A DNA stretch of 64,000 bases from Eledone cirrhosa (Eukaryota): the NCBI GenBank assembly GCA_964016885.1, contig OZ024743.1, positions 288,300,001 through 288,364,000 of the forward strand, read 5' to 3'. Below the pieces are notes generated by a model. That model was not told the DNA's origin, made no database searches, and worked only from the letters and a program-made list of their open reading frames with translations. This document shows, piece after piece, positions 13,469 to 26,890 of this stretch (within the stretch, counting starts at the first letter, position 1; the number at the start of each line of letters is the position of its first letter). The position numbers and the translations under genes are program-made.

Positions 13469-14150
13469 GTGAGGTTTTTTTTACAAAATGAAAAATAACC
13501 GAGGTATCCTAAAGAAAAAAAGATGAAATCGAAAATGCAACTGGAGTCTTATTTTTTTAAAAAATATATATATTTATTTGGTTCCTTTACCGGTTTCGCA
13601 GTTCTTCTGCTTTTCAAAAGTAGAGTTGAGATGGAGGGTCTGTGGTTTTTCTCACATCTGGTTGGTCTCTGAATGTTACTTGTTTTATATGGAAAAAGTG
13701 GATCGAAATGCCAGGTTTTTCGAGAAGTAATTTGATTGGTTGGTCAATAATTATAATAAATTTCGCGCCAGTTCGCGTTATAAAATTCTTCAAACAAGGG
13801 GGGGGGTTGTCACAGGTTGTTTTTTCATATATAAGTGTTTGAATTTCTTCTTTACTTAAAAAGTGGGGGGGGGGGGCCCTCACGAAGGCTTTTTTTAAAT
13901 AAACGTAATTTGATTGGTTATAAATGAAATTATGCCTGTCACGTGAACAAGTTTTCATTAAATTTTCACGCCCTTATTTGGAAATCCATTCTGTAGCCTT
14001 TTTAGAGAATTTTATGATAAGTAAAAGATAATGGTCAAGAGAAATGGGATGGGAGAATTTACTCTGGTTCAGTGAATATGGTTAGTTCGCTGGGGTGTCA
14101 GAATTCAGATTTTCTATTGAATAAAGAAAGTAAAGATAGTTATGTTTATT
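13463..14150 (-). mobile_element. Degenerate PLE 3' terminus
   Basis: Contains a minimal HHR, lies between (TA)n and (TG)n, and is similar to 31403-31860. Confidence 0.55.
13585..13620 (-). ncRNA. Minimal type I hammerhead ribozyme, U3-A8 core variant
   Basis: Reverse complement reads CUU-UUGAAAA-GCAG(AAGAA)CUGC-GAAA-CCGG-UA-AAG. Stem I CUU/AAG, 4-bp stem II, palindromic stem III ACCGGU, GUA cleavage triplet. Confidence 0.7.
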
Positions 14151-14157
14151 TGTGTGC

Positions 14158-14217
<60 letters not shown>

Positions 14218-14288
14218 ATATAAAACAGAGAGGCAGTACAACGAACGTTTATTAATTTCACGCTCTGGAGAGTGGGGTGGTGGTGGGG

Positions 14289-14321
14289 AACGACGTTTCG
14301 GGCATAAGCCCTTCTTCAGGT
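14289..14321 (-). ncRNA. Minimal type I hammerhead ribozyme of the Neptune-like PLE terminus
   Basis: Reverse complement reads AC-CUGAAGA-A-GGGC(UUAU)GCCC-GAAA-CG-UC-GU. Canonical core, palindromic ACGU stem III, GUC site; stem I is weak. Confidence 0.8.
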
Positions 14322-15680
14322 GAAAAGTGTGTGGGAAGAGAGTTCAAAGGGTGTGTAGGGGAGTGGTGGAGAGACATATAGCGAAAAGGGGGTGGGAGGA
14401 AACGGTGCGAATGAAATTAAAAATAAAAGCATGATCAAAATAAAATTAAATTAAAATGGGGTAAAACAGGTGGTGGAAGGGTGTGGGGTGTGTAGGGGTG
14501 GTGGCGGGTGGAGTGGGGAGAGGGAGACGGTGTGTCCGAGCGGGGAGGGCTGAAGGTGGTGTGTGTGTGTAAGTGTACGTGTGTGTGTGTGTGTGTGTAT
14601 GTGAAAGCAAGGGTTGGGGGAAGAACGGGGTTGCATGTTCAGGAAGAGGTGTGTGTGCGGTGGGGTGTAGGTCGGAGTGTGTGTGCGTGTGTGGATAGAG
14701 GGGTGGGGGGAGAGGAATCCGGAGGTTGAAGGTGTAAATATGTGGTGGAAAGTACGTGTGTGTGGGGTTTAAGCGTGTTGTGGGTGTAGGTGGCGTGTGG
14801 GAAAAAAATTTTTTTGGGGTGTGTGTGTGGGTGAGTTATAAAGGTGATTCCGTAAGAAGATGTGGTTGAAAGGTTGGTAAACTCCTAGGATGGTAATTGA
14901 TTCCGCGGTCAAGCTCCACATACGAGTAATCCATGGAGAGATGGTCGGAAGAGGAGAGATGTGGGGTGCGCGCGCAACAGGAAGTGGTCAAGGCGGTAGG
15001 AGTGCTGTGTGTCTGTGTGTGCTGGGAGGTGGTCAGATGGCATAGCAGCAGTCGGGTGGAATGGTAAAAGGGCGAGGATGGGTAGGTGTGAAAGTTGGAG
15101 TGAGGAGGGTGTGTGTGTGTATTAGTAGAGGTGTTAGTGGGATGAGTGAGTGTGGAGAAAGGGTGTGGATGGAGCGGGAGAGAAGGGTGTGGGGGTCGAT
15201 GGAGGGAGTGTGGTGTACTGGTGTGTGTGTAGTTTGATGAAGGGGGTGTTAGTGGGTGTTAGTATACGGGAGGTGGAGAAAGGTTTGAATGCAGGTGTGA
15301 GTGGGGGTTAGTGGTGGTAGGGTGTGTAGAGTTGGTGGTGTACGAGGGTGTGTGTGTTCGTGTGCTTGGGGTCAGGGGGTATTAGTGATGTTAGTTGCGG
15401 GGTGGTGGAATGGATGTGTGGGGGTGAGGGTTAGTGGTGGTAGTAGAGTGTGTGTTTAGTGTGAGCGCGTGTATATATGTGCCGGTGGGTGTGTGCGTGT
15501 GATGAGGAGGGGGGAGGAGAAGAAGGGAGAGATGTTAGTATGTTAGTTGGGGAAGGGTGGTCGGATGAGGGGTGGAGTGGCGGTGTTACTATTGTTAGTT
15601 GTGGGGTGGGCGGTGAAAAGGAGGGGTGTGTTAGTGGTGTTAGTGGGGGATATGTGTGGGGGGAGGGGGGCGGTCGAAGG

Positions 15681-16750
15681 CTAAAGGAATAAGGGTGGGG
15701 AGTTCAGGCCGGGGGGAGTGTGGGTCTGTAAGATGAAGATGGTTCTTTGTTCAACTCTGAGGAGATTGGCGGGTGTTCCGTGGCATTGGAGTAGGCCACA
15801 GACTGTGAGATGGCGTGCGGAATGTCCAGGGGCACCAAAGTGGCGGGCGATGGGGGAACTACCACCGAGACGAATATCCCGGAGGTGCTCAGTGAATCGG
15901 TTCGGCAGGCGACGTCCCGTCTGTCCGACGTAAGTCGCGCTGCACTCCGTGCAGCGAATTCCATAGACTAGGTTGGAGGAGGTGCAGCGGAAGGCATGCC
16001 GGACAGAGAGAGAGTGGCCGTTGGGACCCTGGAAGGTGGTGGTGTTGGTGATGTGTGGACAGGTATTGCAGCGGGGCCTAGAACAGGGAAAGGAACCGGG
16101 GGGGGAGATCCTGGGTTGGGGGGTAGAGAGCTGTGGACGAGGAGGGTGCGGAGATTGCGTGCGCGTTTGAAGGAGGGGAGTGGTGGGGTTGGGAAGATGT
16201 GGGAGGTGGAGGCGTCGGACTGGAGGCGTCGGAAGAGGCGGCGGATGGTGCGGTGGAGGGGTAATGTGGAGGGGTGGTAGGTGATGGGGAAGGGGAGACG
16301 GTGGGTGTGCGGTAGCGTGGGGTGAGGGTGGTGGAGCGGTGGACAGCACGGGCGCGGGTGAGAGCGGTGTGGACGAGAGAGGGGGGGGGAGTAACCTCTG
16401 CGGATGAAATGGCTGACTAGGGAAAGGGCCTGGGACTCGAAGTCAGCATTTCGGCTACAGAGGCGGCGGATCCCGAGGAGTTGGGAGTAGGGAATAGAGT
16501 GTTTAGTGTGTGTGGGGTGGGAAGAGGTGAAGTCGAGGTAAGAGTGAGAGTCGGTGGGTTTGAAGAAGGCGGAGGTGACGAGGGAGTCGTGGGAGGGGTC
16601 GAAGGCGACGGAGATGTCTAAGAAGTGGACGTGGGTGGTGGAGATAGAGGTGGTGAAGTGGAGGGAGGGGTGGAAGGAGCGGAAGAAGGAGAGAAAGGAG
16701 TCGAGCTATTCTCGGGTGAGGGTCGTGGCTCCGATACAGTCGTCGATGAA
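15681..16750 (-). pseudogene. PLE RT (from the catalytic xIDD motif) and GIY-YIG endonuclease, with one stop and frameshift(s)
   Basis: ORF 15681-16349 carries the VY..YVG GIY-YIG motifs and Cys linker; the upstream frame carries RT motifs. Confidence 0.9.
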
Positions 16751-16752
16751 TT

Positions 16753-16977
16753 CCCTTTTCTTTCAACCAATGACCTCCACCCTTCCCACTCCCCACCCTC
16801 TCCTACCACCAGAAAAGATATAAATACCACCACATTTATTTGGACAGTCAGAGTCCTGATGATTTGTCAAGAATGAAACAGTTCTAGTCCTGTAGAAGCC
16901 ATTTCTATATTAAATATTTATACTCTGCTATGTATTGAGTCCCTTACTTACTGTGGTTGCCCCCAGTTGAACCCGAC
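16753..16977 (+). mobile_element. PLE-type 3' terminus with a degenerate HHR (16853-16897), ending at (CA)n
   Basis: CTGATGA-tttgtcaagaat-GAAA-CAG...CTG-TA. Terminal tactgtggttgcccccagttgaaccc resembles the reverse complement of 32777-32803. Confidence 0.55.
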
Positions 16978-16986
16978 ACACACACA

Positions 16987-17150
<164 letters not shown>

Positions 17151-17809
17151 TAGATAGATAGATAATTATTCTCCGTCCATCCGTTTGTATGCATGCTGTT
17201 TATTATATATAGTTTTGTATTTTACTGGGTTGAATCTCTCTGCTCCATTCCTTGGTCAGTTAGGGCATCATGGCTTTCATTCTGTTCGTAATACGAGCAA
17301 CATGATAAAGCAACGATAGTGACTCACAAAGAACATATCTACCATAATGAATCAATGCCCTTTCTTATACATATACGCACACGCATGTACACTCCCCACC
17401 CCTGCCAATACACACACACACGAGCGTTTTTGAAATACTTTATGTTATTCACTTCACGCTCAAAGAATAGATATGAAGAACAGGAAACGAACCTCCATCA
17501 GTAATAATTCATTCCCTTATAAATCTATACTACTTACTTGTTACGGTGGCGCTCTGAAAGTATTACCCAATAGTTCTTGACCTGTGGTCCTCAATATTAA
17601 TAATGCGGATCCATGAGTTTATATATAAGACATTGATCAACGGACACACTTGTACAATGCAGTAGGTCCAACCAAGAAATCACGTGGTTTCGGATAAATG
17701 TATTATGAGTAAATAATAACGCCATGTCTGCACTGGGGCTCCTATGATTAAACTATCTAAGAATCCTATGAGATGTATCTTGAAATAATGTAGAGAACGA
17801 TTTTGCTTT

Positions 17810-19760
17810 TCGCTGCTAGAGAACGGGTCGCAGGTGGCAGATTGTGACACGGCCACCAGATGTGATAGTTTGTTGGAATATGAGGGGGATCCAGCTAGAC
17901 GAATAAGCAATCCCGAACAAACAGCAATAAACTACTAGGGTAGATAGAGCAATGAGTAACAACTTTAGCTCCTAAGAAACTTCTCGTAACCCAGTGATGT
18001 AGGTTCGAGGAGGCGAATAAAGGCCACTTATAAAGAAGCCTTGTCTTAGCCTTTCTGAGAAACGTATCAGATTGGTGACTAGCGGCAATAAAGCTACCAA
18101 AACAGCAATATAGTTAGAGGCAAACAAATCAATCATACCGCATCATCCTTCACACGGGTTATCATGCCTTAGATATAGGGGCCTGCTCGAAAAATATATA
18201 GTAGTTTCCATCTCATGCAGCATGAACTGGCGAAGTGCCTGCCACCTGTCCTGCGAGGCGTAGGATTGATGCACAATATTGCGTACTCCGAGACACCAAA
18301 GATAGTTTGGAAGGGAGAAAATCATAACCACTGAAAGCTGGAACATCACAACCTTCACATGTAAGGAGCAGAAACTAGTAGGGGTGTTTATGCACGACAC
18401 AAGGAGGCTGAATACAGATCCTTCCTAGATGAAATTACTGCTACGTTAGGTGTGGTTAAGACTGAGCCATATATCGTAATGGGAGACTGCAATGCATATG
18501 TTGGCACTGAGAACCTGTCATGGAAAGGAGGCATTAGAACGAAGAGTGATCTCGTTCTAAATACGAATTGAGAGGTTTAGACTTCTTTTCTAGTAATGAT
18601 CTCACTAATGTGAACAACTTTTTCCAGCACAAAGACATCCATAAATATATATGATATAAGGTGAATCGTGGACAGAGATCAATAATTGATTTTGTTATTG
18701 TCTCTGATCTTTTTGATCTAGATGCTGGATGTTCGTGTTAAGAGGGGGAGGGACGAACAGTCAACTGATCACCATTCAGTTATCCGCAACGTGACACTAT
18801 TTAAAACTAAGTAAGCCCGCAAAACTGGCAGGTCCCGGTCAACCTACAAAGATGCAGTGGAAAGCGTTGACGGATAAGGAAATGAGGACCAGGTAGGCGG
18901 ATACTATTGCATCCAAATTCAGATAACACCCTGAGCAAAGTGAGGACGTTAACACGGAGTCGAGACTGCATAGCTCAGCAGTTTCTGTGTCACTTGTTAA
19001 ATGCTGCGGTGGAAATGGCAGGAGGACTCCTTGGTTCAATCAAGGTGACAAAGATGTCCCCTTGATTGAACATTGAGACCTACAATGTCTGGTTTGGGAA
19101 TAATTCCTCCTTCTTTCACTTGCGAAACAAACAGGCGCGAAAAGTGACAGCAGAACCATTAAAGGTATACAAAGTTAAGATATGGAGGACTGTGGGGTTA
19201 AGCTGGAATCTTATTTCAGATCCGCAATCAAAGTTTTCTTGTCGACCACTGACTTCGTAATAAGGTGGCCTCCTCCACATCTGTTATCAGAAACGCGTCG
19301 TGGATTCTCCTCTCTTTAGAGGGGTGCATCATCACGAGGTGAAGAGATTACATTGCTGATATTTTATCTGAACACAACAGCATATTCTGATCTAAACGAA
19401 GTGCATCTGGGAGCGATAACTGATCTCTCGGAGGCTAAGGTCACAATTAAAGTGATCAAATGTTAAATGCCGTAAATAGAGAAGGTATTCTCTGGCTGAG
19501 TCGTGTGTGACTGGTATTCGATAGAATTCATATCTCGGAGATCAGAGAGTCGCTCCAGGCAAAGCCGCTAGTTCTCTGAATTGAGAGATCACAGCTCCGT
19601 TTCTACAGACATGTGGTTAGAATGTGGAAAGAATCGCTGGACAGATTTTACGCGTAAAACCAACCGACAGGAAACCCAGAAGTAGACTTCGAGCCGGATG
19701 TTCGGATAACATCCATGAGCTCCAACGATCTCGAATGGAGATAAATCTAATTGTCCAGAT
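17810..19760 (+). mobile_element. Highly degenerate, internally deleted RTE LINE
   Basis: APE remnants YIVMGDCNAYVG, NNFFQHKDIHKY, QRSIIDFVIVS, LDVRVKRG, STDHH; C-terminal QLRFYRHVVRM...KPRSR; RTE-like 5' UTR motif near 17825-17920. Confidence 0.7.
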
Positions 19761-20934
19761 TAATAGAATAGTGGAATTGGCTGATGGATTAGCGATATCT
19801 GTTCCATTTTATATTCAAATTTCGTCTCCTTTTACAAGGGAAATGGTGGCCTCGCATGAGCAATATACTTCCTTTCATGCAGCTCCAGTTTACTCATCTG
19901 AAAATTACAAGCAGTCTTGTACTCCCATTTACTTAACGCCACACGAATCCAGAATAAGCCTTCGTCCAATCCATGAAGATAAAGTGTATCACAGTGTGTA
20001 TTGAAGTTACATCTCATAGGAACATTTTAGGTTGTTTTAATCATAGATGGCCCAGCTGTGATACACCAATTATTTCCAGTGACAAATGGTGGGATTTGAT
20101 CTCATAACGCACAGATGCGGGATATATACTGAGTGGAAGTCACACCGCTCGGTGCGCTAACGTTTCCACAAGTCCACCATTCTGGACTGGTACTTTTATT
20201 ATCGATACCGAAAGAATGAAAATCAAGTTTGACTTCGGCTGGATTTGAACTCACATCGCAGGCAGACGGAGCAAATATCATCAAAGCATGTTTAAATCAT
20301 ACACATATTCGGAGGTCGTTGAAATAAATACAAGTGAAATCAACTGGTGCTGAGAATCGATAAAGCCGAACGTACACTTGAATGCGATGCCCCAGAATGG
20401 CCACAGTACAATAAAGCCAGGAAAAGTAAAGAATACAAGGATTGATAGAAGTCTTTACTTTACATGGCTTCTTTGATAGTGGGCTCAAATTAGTTAGACT
20501 AGATATCAGGATCGAAGCTCATGACTGTCAAGCTGTAGTTTACTCCGGTTCTATTGGCGTTAAACGACTGAGAGTACAACAGTTAATCCCAATCTATTGC
20601 TGGTACATATTATTTTCTGTTGTGTTGAATGGAATAACGGGAAATGAAGTGTTTGGTAATAGAATCAATGCAGTGGCGGTTTCGGGTATCGAATCCCCGA
20701 ACACTCTAACCCCTAGGCCGCACAGCAACGTCTTAGAGAAAAATATATGACGAACACAAATTCTTCGCCATTCCCTACAAGAATCCCCTTCTTTTCTCAT
20801 CATGCCCTGCTAATTTCGAAACAAACATTAAATGTAAAAAATAATAACATAAATACACTCACGCACATACATACACACACATAGATACACACATACATAC
20901 ACACACATAAATACACACTCATATGTGTATGTGC

Positions 20935-20995
<61 letters not shown>

Positions 20996-21031
20996 TGTTT
21001 GTATATATATATATATATGTATATATATGTT

Positions 21032-21107
<76 letters not shown>

Positions 21108-21109
21108 TG

Positions 21110-21148
<39 letters not shown>

Positions 21149-21780
21149 CATACATACATACATACATATATAATACAATAACATAAATAAATGGTAGGCA
21201 TCTTGTCTATGTAGGGAAAGCATTATTATTTCAAAGTGTAGACATTGTAGAGATAATTACTGTATATATGTTGGTGTTGCATTTCACATAGAGAATCTTT
21301 TATTACCCCAGGAACTAAATTTCCCAGTGACTAATCTCAATTATTATAAATAGTTTAAGCTTACTGTCTTGAAGTAGCAGCATCAACTTACAAAAATAAA
21401 AGTGGTCACTCTGGAAAATGTGTAATTGGTTTGAAAGGTGGAGGGAGTTGTTATAGTGGATGTGGTGATGTAGTGACGGTTGTGATGGTTGTGATGGTTA
21501 TCATGTTCATGCTGATAGTCGTGATTGTTGTACTGTTACTGCTGGCGTTGGTGGTAATGGTGAACGTGGCTATGGTAGTGGTCATAATGATTTGGCTTAC
21601 GGCGATGTTGGTAGCGGTGGTAAGTATGGCGTGGTCGTAGTAGTAGTAGATATGGTGGTGACGGTTATGATGTTGGCTATGATGGTGGTTATGATGGTGA
21701 TACTGGTGCTAATAACGTTTGTGATTATGGTGGAGGTGGTATAGTAGATGTGGTGATTATGGTGTGGCAGTTGTTGTGGC

Positions 21781-24700
21781 TGTGGCGATGACAGTGGTGT
21801 TTATGATAGTTGTGGTAATGATGGTTGTGGTTATGATGGTTGTGGTAATGATGGTTGTGGTTATGATGGTTGTAGTTATGATGACTCTAGTTATGATGGT
21901 TTTGGTTATGAAGGTTGTAGTTATGATGGTTATAGTTATGATGGTTGTGGTTATGCTGGTTGTGGTTATGATGGTTATAGTTATGATGGTTGTGGTTATG
22001 ATGGTTGTAGTTATGATGGTTGTGGTTATGAAGGTTGTAGTTATGATGGTTGTGGTTATGATGGTTGTGGTTATGCTGGTTGTAGTTATGATGGTTGTAG
22101 TTATGCTGGTTGTGGTTATGATGGTTATAGTTATGATGGTTGTGGTTATGCTGGTTGTGGTTATGATGGTTATAGTTATGATGGTTGTGGTTATGATGGT
22201 TGTAGTTATGCTGGTTGTGGTTATGCTGGTTGTGGTTATGATGGTTATAGTTATGATGGTTGTGGTTATGATGGTTGTGGTTATGATGGTTGTAGTTATG
22301 CTGGTTGTAGTTATGATGGTTGTAGTTATGCTGGTTGTGGTTATGCTGGTTGTGGTTATGATGGTTATAGTTATGATGGTTGTGGTTATGATGGTTGTAG
22401 TTATGCTGGTTGTGGTTATGCTGGTTGTGGTTATGATGGTTATAGTTATGATGGTTGTGGTTATGATGGTTGTGGTTATGATGGTTATAGTTATGATGGT
22501 TGTAGTTATGCTGGTTGTGGTTATGCTGGTTGTGGTTATGATGGTTATAGTTATGATGGTTGTGGTTATGATGGTTGTAGTTATGCTGGTTGTGGTTATG
22601 CTGGTTGTGGTTATGATGGTTATAGTTATGATGGTTGTGGTTATGATGGTTGTGGTTATGATGGTTATAGTTATGATGGTTGTGGTTATGATGGTTATAG
22701 TTATGATGGTTGTAGTTATGCTGGTTGTGGTTATGCTGGTTGTGGTTATGATGGTTATAGTTATGATGGTTGTGGTTATGATGGTTGTAGTTATGCTGGT
22801 TGTGGTTATGCTGGTTGTGGTTATGATGGTTATAGTTATGATGGTTGTGGTTATGATGGTTGTGGTTATGATGGCTATAGTTATGATGGTTGTGGTTATG
22901 ATGGTTGTAGTTATTCTGGTTGTGGTTATGATGGTTATAGTTATGATGGTTGTGGTTATGATGGTTGTGGTTATGATGGTTATAGTTATGCTGGTTGTGG
23001 TTATGATGGTTGTAGTTATGATGGTTGTAGTTATGATGGTTGTAGTTATGCTGGTTGTGGTTATGATGGTTGTAGTTATGCTGGTTGTGGTTATGATGGT
23101 TGTAGTTATGATGGTTGTAGTTATGATGGTTGTGGTTATGATGGTTGTAGTTATGCTGGTTGTGGTTATGATGGTTGTGGTTATGATGGTTATAGTTATG
23201 ATGGTTGTGGTTATGATGGTTATAGTTATGATGGTTGTAGTTATGCTGGTTGTGGTTATGATGGTTGTAGTTATGATGGTTGTAGTTATGATGGTTGTAG
23301 TTATGCTGGTTGTGGTTATGATGGTTGTAGTTATGCTGGTTGTGGTTATGATGGTTGTAGTTATGCTGGTTGTGGTTATGATGGTTGTAGTTATGATGGT
23401 TGTAGTTATGATGGTTGTGGTTATGATGGTTGTAGTTATGATGGTTATAGTTATGATGGTTGTGGTTATGATGGTTATAGTTATGATGGTTGTAGTTATG
23501 CTGGTTGTGGTTATGATGGTTGTGGTTATGATGGTTATAGTTATGATGGTTGTGGTTATGATGGTTATAGTTATGATGGTTGTAGTTATGCTGGTTGTGG
23601 TTATGATGGTTGTAGTTATGATGGTTGTAGTTATGATGGTTGTAGTTATGCTGGTTGTGGTTATGATGGTTGTAGTTATGCTGGTTGTGGTTATGATGGT
23701 TGTAGTTATGCTGGTTGTGGTTATGATGGTTGTAGTTATGATGGTTGTAGTTATGATGGTTGTGGTTATGATGGTTGTAGTTATGATGGTTATAGTTATG
23801 CTGGTTGTGGTTATGATGGTTGTGGTTATGATGGTTATAGTTATGATGGTTGTGGTTATGATGGTTATAGTTATGATGGTTGTAGTTATGATGGTTGTAG
23901 TTATGATGGTTGTAGTTATGATGGTTGTAGTTATGCTGGTTGTGGTTATGATGGTTGTGGTTATGATGGTTGTGGTTATGATGGTTGTAGTTATGATGGT
24001 TGTAGTTATGCTGGTTGTGGTTATGATGGTTGTGGTTATGATGGTTGTAGTTATGATGGTTGTAGTTATGATGGTTGTAGTTATGCTGGTTGTGGTTATG
24101 CTGGTTGTAGTTATGATGGTTATAGTTATGATGGTTGTAGTTATGCTGGTTGTGGTTATGATGGTTGTAGTTATGATGGTTGTAGTTATGATGGTTGTAG
24201 TTATGCTGGTTGTGGTTATGATGGTTGTAGTTATGATGGTTGTAGTTATGATGGTTGTGGTTATGATGGTTGTAGTTATGATGGTTATAGTTATGCTGGT
24301 TGTGGTTATGATGGTTGTAGTTATGATGGTTGTAGTTATGATGGTTGTAGTTATGCTGGTTGTGGTTATGATGGTTGTAGTTATGATGGTTGTAGTTATG
24401 ATGGTTGTGGTTATGATGGTTGTAGTTATGATGGTTGTAGTTATGATGGTTGTAGTTATGATGGTTGTAGTTATGATGGTTATAGTTATGCTGGTTGTGG
24501 TTATGATGGTTGTAGTTATGATGGTTGTAGTTACGATGGTTGTGGTTATGATGGTTGTAGTTATGATGGTTATAGTTATGCTGGTTGTGGTTATGATGGT
24601 TGTAGTTATGATGGTTGTGGTTATGATGGTTGTGGTTATGATGGTTGTAGTTATGATGGTTGTGGTTATGATGGTTGTAGTTATGATGGTTGTGGTTATG

Positions 24701-25590
24701 ATGGTTGTAGTTATGATGGTTGTAGTTATGATGGTTGTGGTTATGATGGTTGTAGTTATGATGGTTGTAGTTATGCTGGTTGTGGTTATGATGGTTGTAG
24801 TTATGCTGGTTGTGGTTATGATGGTTGTAGTTATGCTGGTTGTGGTTATGATGGTTGTAGTTATGATGGTTGTGGTTATGATGGTTGTAGTTATGATGGT
24901 TGTAGTTATGATGGTTGTGGTTATGATGGTTGTAGTTATGATGGTTGTAGTTATGCTGGTTGTAGTTATGATGGTTGTAGTTATGCTGGTTGTGGTTATG
25001 ATGGTTGTGGTTATGATGGTTGTGGTTATGATGGTTGTGGTTATGATGGTTGTGGTTATGATGGTTGTAGTTATGATGGTTGTGGTTATGATGGTTGTGG
25101 TTATGATGGTTGTAGTTATGCTGGTTGTGGTTATGATGGTTGTGGTTATGATGGTTGTGGTTATGATGGTTGTGGTTATGATGGTTGTAGTTATGCTGGT
25201 TGTGGTTATGCTGGTTGTGGTTATGATGGTTGTGGTTATGATGGTTGTGGTTATGATGGTTGTAGTTATGCTGGTTGTGGTTATGCTGGTTGTGGTTATG
25301 ATGGTTGTGGTTATGATGGTTATAGTTACGATGGTTGTGGTTATGATGGTTGTGGTTATGATGGTTGTGGTTATGATGGTTATAGTTACGATGGTTGTGG
25401 TTATGATGGTTGTGGTTATGATGGTTGTGGTTATGATGGTTGTAGTTATAATAGTTGTGGTTATGATAGTTCTTGTTATGATGGTTGTGGTGATGATGGT
25501 TGTGGTTATAATAGTTGTGGTTATGATAGTTCTTGTTATGATGGTTGTGGTGATGATGGTTGTGGTCATGATGGTTGTGGTTATGATAGT
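21781..25590. repeat. 15-bp minisatellite, about 250 units of TRTRGTTATGMTGGT
   Basis: Exact 15-nt periodicity (four units per 60-nt line) with three variable positions. Confidence 0.97.
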
Positions 25591-25909
25591 GTTGTTGGTG
25601 AATATGAGGTGATGACAATGATGACTATGATGATAGTATTTATGATGGTGGTACTAGTGATGGTATTAGTTTTAGTGGTGTTTATGTTAAGGCTGTAGTG
25701 ATGGATGAGCTGATGATGATTGTAGAAGTACTTGTGCTGATGGTGCTGTTGCTGATGAGGATGATGGTATGGGTCTAGGTGGTGGTATGTATGGAGGGGT
25801 GGAGTTATATGGCAATCGGGAATTCACATCAACCAATCGAATAAAAATACAAAAAACAAAAAGCAAAAACAAAGAAACGAAGAAATAGAGGAAAACGATG
25901 GAATAAGGA

Positions 25910-25948
<39 letters not shown>

Positions 25949-26096
25949 GAAAAAAAAACATGAAAAATAGAGAAGGAGAAAAGGAAAGGAATTTGGTAGG
26001 GAAAATATAAATGAACAAACGAATAAATAAAGAAGGCGAGAACGCAATAGAAAAAGAAAGAGAAAAGGAAAGTTAAATACAAACACTAAAGCACAA

Positions 26097-26151
<55 letters not shown>

Positions 26152-26460
26152 CAGAGAGAGGCGGGGGATGGTCGGGGAGAGGATATTGTGAAATTCAAGA
26201 AATTTAAGTATTTTCCAATAGTTTCCTGACCTGCAAATAATAATGTTGAACTGATTTCTGGGAGAGAATAAGTCACTGATGTTAAGATTTGCCATTTCTA
26301 ATACATACATACATAGATATATACACACATAAATACACACACACACACACATATATATATATACATACATTAATAAATATGCATACACACACACATGTAT
26401 ACATACATAATACATACGTACATACATACATATATACATACATATATACATACATGCATA

Positions 26461-26528
<68 letters not shown>

Positions 26529-26856
26529 CTCACACGCGCACACACACACACTCATATATATATACATACATAAAAAAAATATACATACATACACACATAT
26601 ATATAAATACTCACACGCGTACACACGTATATGTAATGTGAGTGTGTATGTGTGCGCACACGCACGTAAATATATATAAGAAAAATAAGTCAGTGACGTT
26701 TAAATGTACCATTTCTTTGGTTACATTACTGAAACGTTTCATCTTGTATTATTATATAAACAGCAATAATCTGGTTACCACTTGAGTCCTGTAGTGGGAG
26801 TATTGTACACACACTAACACACACACTCATATATATATATATATATATACACACAC

Positions 26857-26886
<30 letters not shown>

Positions 26887-26890
<4 letters not shown>

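Larger units (their letters stand above)
14225..16752 (-). mobile_element. 5'-truncated Neptune-like PLE (RT C-terminal half, GIY-YIG, long 3' region with HHR)
   Basis: Manual translation from 16750: FIDDCIG...FHPSLHFT...VHFLDI...FFKPTDSHSYLDFTSSHP.HTKHSIPYSQLLGIRRLCS...RGY. After a frameshift: CSRPRCNTC...CTSSNLVYGIRCTECSATYVGQTGRRL..RFTEH...GLN. Confidence 0.92.

Noticed and set aside
20800-21223. YI-, HT-, VC- and LS-repeat ORFs here and throughout the window
   Set aside because: Translations of (TA)n, (CA)n and (GA)n microsatellites
21781-25590. CRISPR-like array
   Set aside because: No unique spacers, no cas genes, and a eukaryotic context
21757-25618. Three ORFs of more than 1200 aa (Thr/Ile, Met/Val, His/Asn)
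   Set aside because: Artefacts of a 15-bp repeat that is open in several frames on both strands; no unique domain
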